Source of the DNA: an uncultured delta proteobacterium
GTDB lineage: Bacteria > Myxococcota > Kuafuiibacteriia > Kuafuiibacteriales > Kuafuiibacteriaceae
Direction: 5' to 3'
Assembly (NCBI GenBank): GCA_963803435.1
Contig: CAWDML010000009.1
Coordinates: forward strand, 1,632,001-1,696,000
DNA length: 64,000 bases
The stretch's first letter is position 1. Each line of letters starts with the position of its first letter. Under the pieces are notes generated by a model. It searched no databases. It was given only the letters and a program-made list of their open reading frames with translations, and was not told the DNA's origin. The position numbers and the translations under genes are program-made. This document shows, piece by piece, positions 12,411-24,498 of the stretch.

Positions 12411-15400
12411 TACATGTTGCGGCGGTACTGGCCGCCGACCCGGTAGAGCGCGCGGAGATCTGCCCGAGCGTGCACACCTTGGCGCCTCCATCAGCGACTG
12501 CGAACACGTTCCTCTGGGCGCGCGCGGCGGCCACCGGCGGCTCAGCGCGAGCCTGGGCCGTGACGCCGTCGTTGCGCCTTCAGGAACGCGTCGCGCGAGC
12601 GGATGGCGTACTTCTTCTCCTCGTCGGTCGAGCGGATCACCTCGCGCGGCAGCGATCGTGGGCGAGCCCTTCGGCCGAGGAACGTGTTCACGCCGACGAT
12701 CGGCAGCTCGCCCGAGTGCTTGAGCGTCTCGTAGTAGCAGCGACTCCTCCTGGATCTTGCTCCGCTGGTACATGCGCTCCATCGCGCCGAGCACGCCGCC
12801 GCGCTCGGAGATGCGCGCGGAACTCGGCGAGCACGGCCTCCTCCACCAGGTCGGTCAGCTCCTCGATGATGAACGAGCCCTGCAGCGGGTTCTCGTTTTC
12901 GGCGAGGCCGAGCTCCTTGTTGATGATGAGCTGGATCGCCAGCGCGCGCCGCACGCTCTCCTCGGTGGGGGTCGTGATCGCCTCGTCGTAGGCGTTCGTG
13001 TGGAGCGAGTTGCAGTTGTCGTAGATGCGCGTAGAGCGCCTGCAGCGTGGTGCGGATGTCGTTGAACGCGATCTCCTGCGCGTGCAGCGACCGGCCCGAG
13101 GTCTGGATGTGGTACTTGAGCTTCTGCGAGCGCTCGTTGCCGCCGTACTTGTCGCTTCATCGCCTTGGCCCAGATCCGGCGCGCCACCCGGCCGATCACG
13201 GCGTACTCGGCGTCGAGGCCGTTGAGAAGAAGAAGGACAGGTTCGGCGCGAAGTCGTCGATCTCCATCCCGCGCGACAGGTAGTACTCGACGTAGGTGAA
13301 GCCGTTGGCCAGCGTGAAGGCGAGCTGGGTGATCGGGTTCGCGCCGGCCTCGGCGATGTGGTAGCCGGAGATCGACACCGAGTAGAAGTTCCGCACGCGC
13401 TTCGTCGATGAAGTACTGCTGGATGTCGCCCATCATCCGCAGCGCGAACTCGGTGGAGAAGATGCAGGTGTTCTGCGCCTGGTCCTCCTTCAGGATGTCG
13501 GCCTGCACCGTGCCGCGGACCCTGCGACAGCGTGTCCGTTGCGGATCCGGTCGTAGCGTCTCGGCGGCAGCACCTCGTCGCCGGAGACGCCGAGGAGCAT
13601 CGAGCCCGAGGCCGTCGTTGCCCTCGGGCAGCTCGCCCTGGTAGCGCGGGCGCGGCACGCCGCTGCTCGGCGTAGATGCGCGGCGATCTTCTGCTCGACC
13701 TCGGCTCGACCAGCCCCGGCCCCGCGGATGTAGCTTCTCGCACTGCTGATCGATCGCCGCGTTCAGGAAGAAGCCGAGCAGCATCGGCGCCGGGCCGTTG
13801 ATCGTCATCGACACCGAGGTCGTCGGGTCCGCGAGATCGAAGCCCGAGTAGAGCTTCTTGGCGTCGTCGACGCGTGGCCACGCTGACGCCCGAGTTGCCG
13901 ACCTTGCCGTAGATGTCCGGGCGCAGATCGGGATCCTCGCCGTAGAGCGTGACCGAGTCGAACGCGGTCGAGAGGCGCTTCGCCGGCAGTCCCGCGGAGA
14001 CGTAGTGGAAGCGCTTGTTCGTGCGCTCCGGTCCGCCCTCGCCGGCGAACATGCGGGCGGGATCCTCGCCCTCGCGCTTGAGCGGGAACACGCCCGCGGT
14101 GTACGGGAAGCGCACCGGGCGACGTTCTCGGGGAGCAGCCAGCGCAGGAGCGTCGCCCCAGTCCGCGAAACTGGGCAGCGCGACCTTCGGGATCGTCGAG
14201 GTCCGCGAGAGGGTGCGCGACGTAGAGGTCCTGCTCGATCACCCGGCCGCGCACCTGGAAGCGGTACTTGTCGGCGGCGTAGCGTCGCTTCGTCCGGCCA
14301 CTCGCAGGCGCCGGCACTCGGCGTCGAGCCGGCGCTGAGCTCTGCAGCGGCGTCGAGCTCGTGCTCTGCGGTCTCGCCCTCGCGCTGTCACCGCGGCACG
14401 ACGTCGGGCCGCGTCGCGATCTCAGGGCGCTGCCCGTTCGACGCAGCGATCGACGCGCCCGCACGTGGCATCGCCGCGATCTCCACCTGGCTCGAGATAG
14501 CGTCATGCGCGCCGGTCTCGGCGATCTCCGCCAGGTAGCGCATGCGCTCGGCGGGATGACCGACGATCTCGCGCGGTGTCGGAGGTGGCTCGGTTCGAGC
14601 GCAGCGGCGCCCGGTCTTCTCCACGATCAGCGTCCATGAGCGCGCGGTAGAGGCGGTCGGTCCCCGGGGTCGTTGAACTGCGACGCGATGGTGCCGAAGA
14701 CGGGAGCGCGTCGTCCGCGCATCGAACATCTTGTGGTTGCGCTTGTACTGCTTGCGGACGTCGCGCAGGGCGTCGAGCGAGCCCGCGCTTGTCGAACTTG
14801 TTGATCGCGACGAGGTCGGCGAAGTCGAGCATGTCGATCTTCTCGAGCTGGGTGGCCGCGCCGTACTCCGCGTCATCACGTAGAGCGAGACGTCCGCAGT
14901 GCTCGGTGATCTCGGTGTCGGACTGGCCGATGCCGCTGACGTCTCCACGATCACCAGGTCGAAGCCCGCCGCCTGCACCACGTCGATCGCGTCCTGGACG
15001 TGCCGGACAGCGCGAGGTTCGACTGGCGCGTGGCCAGCGAGCGCATGTACACGCGCGGGTCGTCGATGGCGTTCATGCGGATCCGGTCGCCGAGCAGCGC
15101 GCCGCCGGTCTTGCGCTTCGACGGATCGACCGAGATGACGGCGACGGTCTTGTCGGCGAAGTCGGCGAGGAAGCGCCGCACCAGCTCGTCGACCAGCGAC
15201 GACTTGCCCGAGCCCCCGGTGCCCGGTGATGCCGAGCACCGGGGCCTTCGTCGCTTCGAGACCAGGCCGAGCGCGGCGCGCAGCGACGCGGCCGCCTCGG
15301 GGTCGTTCTCCGCGAGCGTGATAGGCGCCCGATGCGACCGCGCGCGGGTCCCGGGTCGTCAGACCCGCGAGCACGCCGGTCGGCGGCGGCCGGCTTCGTC

Positions 15401-15839
15401 GCGGGAAAGTCGCACCGCTCGAGGAGGTCGTCGATCATCCCCTGCAGGCCCAGCGCGCGACCGTCGTCGGGCGAGTAGATGCGCGCGATGCCGTAGCCGT
15501 GGAGCTCCTCGATCTCCTCGGGCAGGATCGTGCCGCCGCCGCCGCCGAAGACTCGGATGTCGGCGCCGCGCTCGCGCAGCAGGTCGATGCATGTACTTGA
15601 AGAACTCGACGTGGCCGCCCTGGTACGAGGTGATCGCGATGCCCTGCGCGTCCTCCTGGATCGCGCAGTCGACGATCTCGCGCGACCGAGCGGTTGTGGC
15701 CGAGGTGGATGACCTCGGCGCCCGAGGCCTGCATGATCCGCCGCATGACGTTGATCGCCGCGTCGTGGCCGTCGAAGAGCGACGCCGCGGTCACGATCCG
15801 CACAGGGTTCACCGGCTGGTAGCGGTGCGGAGGGGTCAC
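12410..15839 (-). CDS. icmF: Fused isobutyryl-CoA mutase/MeaB-like GTPase IcmF, densely frameshifted in this sequence
   Basis: Fragments in order: [17 protein letters not shown] (B12-binding), [21 protein letters not shown] (MeaB), [69 protein letters not shown]. About 3.4 kb, which fits a full IcmF. Confidence 0.85.
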
Positions 15840-15903
15840 CCTGCCGGTATATGGAGCGCTGCCGGCCTCGTCAACGCGACCGATCCGGGCTACTGAAGGG
15901 ACC

Positions 15904-18900
15904 GTGATGGCGGGGGAGGAGCTCCCAGCCGTCGGCGAGAGCATCGGCGGGTATCGCCTCGACCGACTGATCGCCACCGGGGGGATGGGCGCCGTTTTCG
16001 CGGCCACGCATGCGAGGCTCGGCAGGAAGGCCGCGGTCAAGGTCCTCGACCGCCAGCTCGCGTCGGACCGGGAGTACGTGTCGCGGTTCCTCCACGAGGC
16101 GCGGATCGCGAACGACATCCGCCACCCGAACATCGTCGACATCTACGACTTCGTCGAGACCGGCGGAGACATCGCCCTGGTGATGGAGCTCCTCGAGGGC
16201 CCGACCCTCCACGAGGCGCTTCGTCAGGTGAAGCGCTTCAGCGCGATCCAGACCCTCAACATCGCGCTCCAGCTCGCCGACGCGGTGGCGGCCGTGCACC
16301 GGGCCGGCGTCGTCCACCGCGATCTGAAGCCCGAGAACCTGGTGATCATCGAGCCGATCGAGAGCGAGTTCTGGGAGATCCCCAGCTTCAAGATCCTCGA
16401 CTTCGGGATCGCGAAGCAGCGAAACGCGGCCGTCGACCACCACACGCTGCAAGGTGCGCTCATGGGCACGCCCTCGTACATGGCGCCCGAGCAGGTGGCC
16501 GGCGAGCCGGTCTCCGCGGCCACCGACGTGTACGCGATCGGTGAGCTGATGTTCGAGATGGCCTCCGGGCGGCGCCTCTTCGACGGCGAGAGCGTCCTCG
16601 TCCTCACGCAGAAGCTCAAGAACCAGCTGCCCCGCTTCGACATCCCCCGCGACGTCTATTGGGGCGATCGCATCGTCACCTTCGTGCGCGCCTGCGTCTC
16701 GCCGGCGCCGGCCGATCGACCGGACGTGAGCCAGCTGAAGCGCGACCTCTCCGAGCTCCTCGAGGAGGTCGACGAGAGCGACGGCGCCGCCACCGTCCTG
16801 GCGATGGAGGCGATCAAGCTCGAGGATCACAAGCCGCAGGCGCTCCCAGGGAGCGATCCGATGAGCACGCAGATGTTCTTCGATCGCATCGTCGAAGACT
16901 TCCAGCCCCCGGCCCTGCCGCCGCCCCCCAAGCTCGAGCCGATATCGGTGGTGAAGGCGATGCCGCCGGTGATCGTGGGGACCCCGGTGATGCGCGCGCC
17001 GTCGATGATCCGCGCGCCGGAGCGCGCGCCCAGCTGGAGCGCGCCCCGCCCGCCGGCGCGTCGCCCTGCGCCCCGGCGCTTCCTCTGGCTCCTGATGGCG
17101 CCGGCGCTGGTGGTGATCGTGTGGGTCGCGGTCCCGGGAGCCCACGATCGGGCCCGCGCCGGGTTCGACGCGCTCGTCGGCGCCACGCCCAATCCGGTCC
17201 GCCGCCATCTGGCGGCCTGGAAGGAGATCCACGGCGACGTGGGCGGGACCGCCGCCGGTCACCTGGCGGCCGCGGTGGCCGCCCACGTGCAGGACTCCTG
17301 GCCCAAGTACGAGGAGGCGGAGGCCGAGATACAGCGCGCCCTGATCCTCGAGCCCGAGGACGCCGAGGCCATCGCGTTCTATGCGGAGAACGAGCTGGCG
17401 TGGAAGCGCTGGCTGCTCTTCGGAGCCGACGCCGAGGAGGTGATGCGCTTCCTCGAGTACGCCGAGACCGCCGACCCGGCGAGTCCCGGTGCGCTCCGGG
17501 CGCGCGCGCGGCGTGCGGAGGTCCTCGGCGAGACGGCGCGCTGCCGCGAGCTGCTCCGAGGGGCCCGCAGGAATCGCAGCGATCCGCTGGCGCAGCTGCT
17601 GGAAGGCGAGTGCACGATCGATCAGGACCCAGCCACGGCCGAGTCGATGATCGCGCAGGCGGCGGGCGCGATGGAGGGGCTCGGGCGGGCGGTCCGCACC
17701 GGCGCGCGGGCGCGGGCGCACACTGGGCGCTACGCGGAGGCGCTGCGGTCGCTCGACCAGCGGCTGGCGGCGGACCCCAAGAACGGTCCGGCGTTGGTCG
17801 AGGCCGCGATGATCGAGCACGCGGTCGGGCACCACGAGCGGGAGCTCACCCGGTTGCGCTCCGCCACCCGCGCCGACGGCGATCAGCTCAGGGCCCAGCT
17901 CCTGCTCGGGCGGGCGCAGGCGGAGTTGCAAAAGGACAGCTCGGCGAAGAGCACCTTGCTCTCTCTGGCCACCAATGAGAGCGCGCCGGGGCGCTATCGT
18001 CGCGAGGCGTACGCGTCGCTGGCACGCCTCGAGATCGACACGGGCGGACCCGAGCGCGCGATCGAGCTGCTCGACAACGCCGCGTCGCTCGGCGCGGATC
18101 TCGAGGCCGACCGGCTTCGGGCCGAGGCGCTGCTCCTCGAGGAGAAGCCGGCCCAGGTGCTCGCACTGCTCGGCAAGCCCCTCGCGACCGAGGAGCAGGT
18201 CCCGCTGATCGCGCTGAGCGCCGGCGCGCATCTCCTCAACGGTCGGCCGGACGAGGCCAAGCACGCGTTCGAGGAGGCGGTGGCTGTCCGCCCGCAGGAT
18301 CCCCGGCTGTTCGCGGAGCTCGCCGGCGCCCGGGCCCTCCTCGACGACTTCGGTGCCGCCCGCACCGCGCTCGACAAGATCCTCTGGCTCGATCCGCTGG
18401 AGGTGACGGAGGACGATCGCGCGCCGCGCCTCCCCCGGGCGGTGGCCGACCTCATGGCCGTCCAGCTCGCGAAGATGCGGGATGCCTCGGGCGATCCGGC
18501 CTGCGTCGACGCTGTGACCGCGCTGCTCCGCTTCTATTTCGGCGATCCTGCGGGAGCGGTGGTGGCGGCCCGGAGGAGCGTCGACGGCAAGAACTCTCCG
18601 CGGATCGCAGCGGTCCTCGAGGGCCACCTGATCATGGACGCCGATCTCAAGCGCGCGCAGGACCTGGCCGCGCTGCTCGAGAAGGAGGCGCCCAGCGCCG
18701 CGGCGCAGCTGTTCCTGGCGCGCTTCGACGCGAGCCGGCGCAAGGACACCGCCGCTGGCGCATACGCGCAGGCGCTCTCGATCAACTCCGATCTCCCGCT
18801 GGCCAAGATCGAGCGGACGGCCCTCGAGCTCAGGCGCAAGCGGAAGAGCACGCTCGAGGAGCTCTACGGGCTCCACGTCGACTATGCCCACCTGGGCAAG

Positions 18901-18933
18901 CTGCGCCGCCTGCTCTTCGAGGCCGGCGAGTGA
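15904..18933 (+). CDS. Ser/Thr protein kinase with TM helix and C-terminal TPR region
   Basis: [28 protein letters not shown]; Pro-rich linker; [20 protein letters not shown]; helical repeats. Confidence 0.9.
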   Translation: MMAGEELPAVGESIGGYRLDRLIATGGMGAVFAATHARLGRKAAVKVLDRQLASDREYVSRFLHEARIANDIRHPNIVDIYDFVETGGDIALVMELLEGPTLHEALRQVKRFSAIQTLNIALQLADAVAAVHRAGVVHRDLKPENLVIIEPIESEFWEIPSFKILDFGIAKQRNAAVDHHTLQGALMGTPSYMAPEQVAGEPVSAATDVYAIGELMFEMASGRRLFDGESVLVLTQKLKNQLPRFDIPRDVYWGDRIVTFVRACVSPAPADRPDVSQLKRDLSELLEEVDESDGAATVLAMEAIKLEDHKPQALPGSDPMSTQMFFDRIVEDFQPPALPPPPKLEPISVVKAMPPVIVGTPVMRAPSMIRAPERAPSWSAPRPPARRPAPRRFLWLLMAPALVVIVWVAVPGAHDRARAGFDALVGATPNPVRRHLAAWKEIHGDVGGTAAGHLAAAVAAHVQDSWPKYEEAEAEIQRALILEPEDAEAIAFYAENELAWKRWLLFGADAEEVMRFLEYAETADPASPGALRARARRAEVLGETARCRELLRGARRNRSDPLAQLLEGECTIDQDPATAESMIAQAAGAMEGLGRAVRTGARARAHTGRYAEALRSLDQRLAADPKNGPALVEAAMIEHAVGHHERELTRLRSATRADGDQLRAQLLLGRAQAELQKDSSAKSTLLSLATNESAPGRYRREAYASLARLEIDTGGPERAIELLDNAASLGADLEADRLRAEALLLEEKPAQVLALLGKPLATEEQVPLIALSAGAHLLNGRPDEAKHAFEEAVAVRPQDPRLFAELAGARALLDDFGAARTALDKILWLDPLEVTEDDRAPRLPRAVADLMAVQLAKMRDASGDPACVDAVTALLRFYFGDPAGAVVAARRSVDGKNSPRIAAVLEGHLIMDADLKRAQDLAALLEKEAPSAAAQLFLARFDASRRKDTAAGAYAQALSINSDLPLAKIERTALELRRKRKSTLEELYGLHVDYAHLGKLRRLLFEAGE

Positions 18934-18934
18934 G

Positions 18935-19960
18935 CTACTTGTCTTCCTTCTGAAGCACGAAGCTGTAGTCGGGCTTCAGCTTGCCAACCGGGATGTCCTG
19001 CTCGATCTTCACGTAGCCGCCGGCCTCCACCGAGATCTTGTGGGGCTGGTTCGGATCGACATTCGGTACCTTCAGCGTTCGCTTGCCCGCGTGCACGGCC
19101 TCGTCGAGCGTGATGTTGGCGGCGATCGGGGAGATGGTGATCGACACCGTGTAGAGCCCGGCCTGGCTGATCGGCTGCAGGTCGATGTCCTTGCGAAGGC
19201 CCTCGGCTTTATCGCCGCCGACGATGTTGGTGCTGAACTTGAAGGGCTCGTAGCCCCCCAGGCTGACCTCGATCTCGTAGTCGCCCTCGGGCAGCGTCAG
19301 CTTCATCGGGGTCACTTCGCTCGATAGGCGCCCGTTGATCGTCACCTGGGCCTTGGGAGGCGTCGTGTGCAGCTCGAGGACGCCCTTCTTGGGCGGCTGC
19401 GTGGTGACGTAGAGGAGCCCGCCCACCACGATCGCCATGATTCCCAAGGCGCTGTAGGTTTTGAGGCGCCGCACCGCGACCGCCTTCTTGTCGACCTTGG
19501 GGAGAATGTCCCCCGTCTGCCCCGTCTGCACCTCGGCGGGGGGTCGGGGCGGCTGCATCCAGAGCAGTGTGTTCTCGCCGAAGCCCGCGGGCTTGGTCGG
19601 CATCGGTGGCCCGCCGCGCGGGACGGTACCGTGGACGGACATCGGCTCGGTCGGCATCGGACCGCTGCGATCGGCGGGATCCGGCAACGGCTGATTGGCG
19701 TGGGTGCTGATCTTGTCGAGCGAGACGCCTGCAGCTTCGAAAGAGGGCAGCGCGGGCATGGCGCGCGTCGGCGCATCACCGATGTCTTCGCCGGAGTCGG
19801 GCCCAATCACGATCTGGTGATTGGCGCCGCCGCTCTTCTTCGCCTGCATGCGCTGGCGTGCTTCACGGAGCGCCTTCAGCTCGTCGGTGCTGAGTGGGTC
19901 GAGCAGCGTGCGGTCGTCCGGGGGAGGATTACGACCGCCACCTTGTCCTTGGTTGCTCAT
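18935..19960 (-). CDS. PEGA domain membrane protein
   Basis: Disordered N-terminus, one TM, LELHTTPPKAQVTING...TP...LPEGDYEIEVSLGGY PEGA-like repeats. Confidence 0.75.
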   Translation of the reverse strand: MSNQGQGGGRNPPPDDRTLLDPLSTDELKALREARQRMQAKKSGGANHQIVIGPDSGEDIGDAPTRAMPALPSFEAAGVSLDKISTHANQPLPDPADRSGPMPTEPMSVHGTVPRGGPPMPTKPAGFGENTLLWMQPPRPPAEVQTGQTGDILPKVDKKAVAVRRLKTYSALGIMAIVVGGLLYVTTQPPKKGVLELHTTPPKAQVTINGRLSSEVTPMKLTLPEGDYEIEVSLGGYEPFKFSTNIVGGDKAEGLRKDIDLQPISQAGLYTVSITISPIAANITLDEAVHAGKRTLKVPNVDPNQPHKISVEAGGYVKIEQDIPVGKLKPDYSFVLQKEDK

Positions 19961-20196
19961 CCGGGTGCTCCCAGGTTGGGACTTTCGGGATACCACAAGT
20001 AGTACTGGGGCGACAGGTTTGGCCCTGGCACCGCGCTCCTACACGCTGCAGTCGGCCAAAAATTCCAGCGCTGTAGGCACGACGTGCGGGCGGCCGATGA
20101 TCGTGGCCTCCGATCCGAGCGTCGTTCGGCGGCGCGCCGCGCGAACGACTCGTCTCGCTTCGTCGAGGTGCCGCGGCGCCGATCGGGGTGAATCGC

Positions 20197-20225
20197 TTGC
20201 CACTGAACATCCGACCAAGTACGTC
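20197..20225 (+). promoter_or_regulatory. Sigma70-like promoter (TTGCCA-N17-TACGTC) for a leaderless lhr transcript, possible SOS box in spacer
   Basis: Exact 17-nt spacer; ATG 7 nt after the -10; spacer reads CTGAAC-ATCC-GACCAA. Confidence 0.5.
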
Positions 20226-20232
20226 AGAGCGT

Positions 20233-23200
20233 ATGGTGTTGACGGCGTTCGACCCCCGGATCGCGCGCTGGTTTGCGCGTCGCTTCTCCACGGTGACGCC
20301 GCCGCAGCGGGAGGGCTGGCCGCTCATCCGGGCCGGAAACGACACGCTGATCGCCGCGCCCACGGGATCGGGCAAGACGCTGGCGGCCTTCCTGGCCGCG
20401 CTCGACGATCTGGTGCGTCGCGCGCTCGACGACACGCTCGAGGAGCGCACGTACGTCCTGTACGTCTCGCCCTTGAAGGCGCTCTCCAACGACGTCTCGA
20501 AAAACCTCGCACGACCGTTGCGCGAGCTGGCCGAGTCCGATCCCGGAGTCGCTCGGATCCGGGTCGGCGTCCGCACGGGTGACACGCCCCAGTCCGAGCG
20601 CGCCAAGCTGGCCAAGCGGCCGCCGCACATCCTCGTCACCACACCCGAGTCGCTCTACATCCTCCTCACCAGCGGGAGTGGGCGTGCGGCGCTGTCCGGC
20701 GTCCGCACCGTGATCCTGGACGAGATCCACGCGATCGCCGACGACAAGCGCGGCGCCCACCTGGCGCTGTCGCTGGAGCGTCTGGAGGCCCTGGTGGCCG
20801 CCGAAGGGCGCCCGCGGCCTCAGCGGATCGGGCTGTCCGCGACCCAGCGGCCGATCGAGCGCATCGCCCAGATGCTGGTGGGCGATTCGGCCGCTCCCCT
20901 CGATCGTGGACGCCGGCTTCGCGCGCGAGCTCGACCTCGGCATCGAGGTACCGAAGGACGAGCTGGGCGCGGTCGCTACGCACGAGATGATGGCGGAGTT
21001 CTACGATCGGATCGTCGAGCTCTCTTCGGCGCACCGGACCACGCTGGTCTTCGCCAACACCCGGCGGTTGTGCGAGCGCGTGGCACGCCACCTGGCCGAT
21101 CGCCTGGGCGACGACAAGGTGGCCGCGCACCACGGCAGCCTCAGCCGGGAGACCCGACTCTCGGCAGAGATGCGGCTGAAGGCGGGGCAGCTCTCCGTCA
21201 TCGTCGCGACCGCCTCGCTCGAGCTCGGCATCGACGTGGGCGAGGTCGATCTGGTGATCCAGCTGGGCTCGCCCCGGAACATCGCCACCTTCCTCCAGCG
21301 CGTCGGCCGCTCCGGTCACTGTCTCGGCGCCATCCCCAAGGGCCGGCTGTTCGCGCTCACCCGCGATCAGCTGATCGAGTGCGCGGCGCTGGTCCGCTCG
21401 GTGAAGAAGCGGATCCTCGACGAGGTCGAGATCCCCTGCGCGCCCCTCGACGTCCTCGCGCAGCAGATCGTCGCGGCCGCCTCGGTGGACGACTGGAACG
21501 AGGACGCGCTCTTCGACGCCTTCCGCCGTGCGCACCCGTACCGCACGCTCACCCGTCACGACTTCGATCGCGTGGTGGAGATGCTCTCGGAGGGGGTGGT
21601 GAGCGGCAAGGGCCGGCGCCAGAGCTACCTCCACCGCGACCGGATCAACGGTACCGTCCGCGGCAAGAAGCACGCGCGCCTCACCGCGATCACCTCGGGC
21701 GGCGCCATCCCGGACAACGCCGCCTACTCCGTGATCGCCGACCCCGAGGGCACGTTTGTCGGCACGCTCGACGAGGACTTCGCGATCGAGAGTATGGCGG
21801 GCGACATCTTCCAGCTCGGCAACACCTCCTGGCGGATTCCGCCGCGTCGAGTCCCAGCGGGTGCGGGTCGAGGACGCCGCCGGGCTGCCGCCCACGATCC
21901 CCTTCTGGCGGGGCGAGGCGCCGGCCCGCACGCGCGAGCTCTCGGAGGAGGTCTCGGCGCTCCGGGTGGCGATCAGCGAGCGCGCGGCCCGCGACCCCCT
22001 CCCGGCGGTGGTCGAGTGGCTGACGGCCGAAGCCCACGTGCCGCGTCTGGGCGCGGAGCAGATGGTCCAGTACGTGGCGGTGTCCGAGAAGATGCTCGGC
22101 GCGATCCCCAGCACCCGATGCGTGATCGCAGAGCGGTTCTTCGACGAGGGCGGCGGCATGCAGCTGGTGTTGCACGCGCCCTTTGGCGGTCGGATCAACA
22201 AGGCCTGGGGCCTGGCGCTCCGCAAGCGCTTCTGCAAGAGCTTCAACTTCGAGCTCCAGGCGGCGGCCACCGACGACGGCATCATCATCTCGCTCGGCCC
22301 GGTGCACAGCTTCCCGCTGGTGACGGTGTTCGACTTCGTCTCCTCGACCTCGGTCGAGAAGGTGCTCACGCAGGCGGTCCTGCAGACGCCCATCTTCGGT
22401 GTGCGCTGGCGATGGGCCGCGCAGCGGAGCCTGGCGGTGCCGAGGTTCGCAGGAGGCAAGAAGGTCCCCGCGCCGCTGATGCGGATGCGCACGGACGACC
22501 TCTTGACCGGCGTCTTCCCGATGGCGGTCGCCTGCCAGGACAACGTGACCGGGCCGATCGAGCTCCCCTCTCACCCGCTGATCGACGAGACCATGCGGGA
22601 CTGCCTCACCGAGGCGATGGATCGGGACGGACTGATCGCGCTGCTCGAGCGGATCGAGCGGGGCGAGATCGAGGTCCGCGGCGTCGACACGGCGGAGCCC
22701 TCGCCGCTCTGCCACGAGCTGGTGAACGCGAACCCGTACGCCTACCTGGACGACGCACCGCTCGAGGAGCGGCGCGCCCGGGCGGTGCAGACACGCCGGG
22801 GCCTTCCCGCCGAGATCGCCGACGGCCTGGGCGCGTTCGATCCCGACGCGATCGAGACGGTCGACCGCGAGGCCGCGCCATCGGCCCGGGACCCGGACGA
22901 GCTCCACGACGCGCTGATGTCGCTGCTGGTGCTCCCGGCGGCCGAGGGCGAGTCGCGCGGCTTCGGCGCCTGGATGCACGCGCTGGTGGCGGCAAACCGC
23001 GCCACGGTCGGCCGCTTCGCGGAGCCCGCGGGGGAGAAGCCCGCGCTCCCCACTCCGCTCGCAGAGGCTCGCTGCCCGCTTCGATCGCGGAACGACGGGA
23101 CCTCGGTGTGGATCGCCGCCGAGCGCGTGCACGTGGTCGCCGCGGCGGTCGGCGCCCTGATCCTCGATCCACCGCTCCCGCCCCTGCCCTTCGCGGTACC

Positions 23201-24498
23201 CGAGATCGATCGACCGTCGGCCCAGCTCGCGATCGTCCGGGCGGCGCTCGAGTCGTGCGGCCCCCGGACCTCGGCGGCGCTGGCGTCGCGGCTCGGCTTG
23301 CCGATCGAGGACGTCGACACGGCCCTCCTGGGGCTGGAGGCGGAGGGCGCGATCCTCCGGGGACGCTTCTCCCGCGACCTGGATGCCGGCGCCGTCGAGT
23401 GGTGCGACCGCCGCATCCTGGCCCGCATCCACCGCCTGACGCTGGGACGGCTGCGCCGTGAGATCGAGCCCGTCACGCAGGCCGACCTGATGCGGTTCCT
23501 CTTCCGCTGGCAGCACGTGGCGCCGTCGACCCATCTCTCCGGGTTGCAAGGTACCTTGCAGATCGTCGGTCAGCTCCAGGGCTTCGAGGCCGCCGCGCCC
23601 GCGTGGGAGCGGGACCTGCTCGCCGCCCGGATCGCAGTCTTACGACGGCGCCTGGCTGGACGCCCTCAGCCTCGGCGGTGAGGTCGCGTGGGGCCGGATC
23701 GCCGAGCGGGATGGCGGCGACGGGGCCCAGATCACCCGCGCCATGCCGGTGACGCTGTTCCTCCGCGACGCCCTCCCCTGGCTGCTCGTCGACGGGGCGG
23801 AGGCGGTCGACCCGAAGCTCACGCCGGTGGCGAGGGATGTGCTGGCGCACCTGGCCGGGCGCGGGGCGTCGTTCCTCAAAGACATCGCCCGGGCCACCGG
23901 CCACGACGCGGGCTCGATCGACGACGCGCTCCGCGAGCTGGTGTTCGCCGGGCTCGTCACCTCGGACGGCTTCGCCGGCCTTCGGGGCTTGCTCGGCAAG
24001 CACAGCGCCGCCGGCGGTCGCTGGTCGCTCCTCCGCAAGGACAGGGACGCGGTCGGGGGCCAGGACGGCGACACCGCCTTCGCGCACCAGCTGCTCCGCC
24101 GCTACGGGCTGGTGTTCCGCGATCTCTCGGCCCGGGAGCCGCGCGTATTGCCCTGGCGCGATCTGCTCCAGATCTACCGGCGCATGGAGGCCCGCGGGGA
24201 AATCCGCGGCGGCCGCTTCGTGTCGAGCTTCGTCGGCGAGCAGTTCGCGCTCCCCGAGGCGGTCGAGGCGCTGCGGAGCGTGCGGCGCCGGAGAGATCCG
24301 GAGACCGTCGTGATCGCCGCGACGGATCCGCTGAACCTGGCCGGCATCACCTCTCCCGGTCCGCGCGTCCCGGCGGTCGTGGGCAACGCGGTGCTGTACC
24401 GCGACGGCGTCCCGGTGGCCTCGCGCGAGGCCGGCAAACTGGTGATGCGCGGGCCGGTGGAGGCGGGCCTCGAGGCGGAGGTCGCCGCCGCGCTTTGA
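20233..24498 (+). CDS. lhr: Lhr-family DEAD/DEAH-box helicase, full-length with C-terminal winged-helix region (3 apparent frameshifts)
   Basis: [87 protein letters not shown]; shifts near 20886, 21837 and 23640. Confidence 0.9.
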
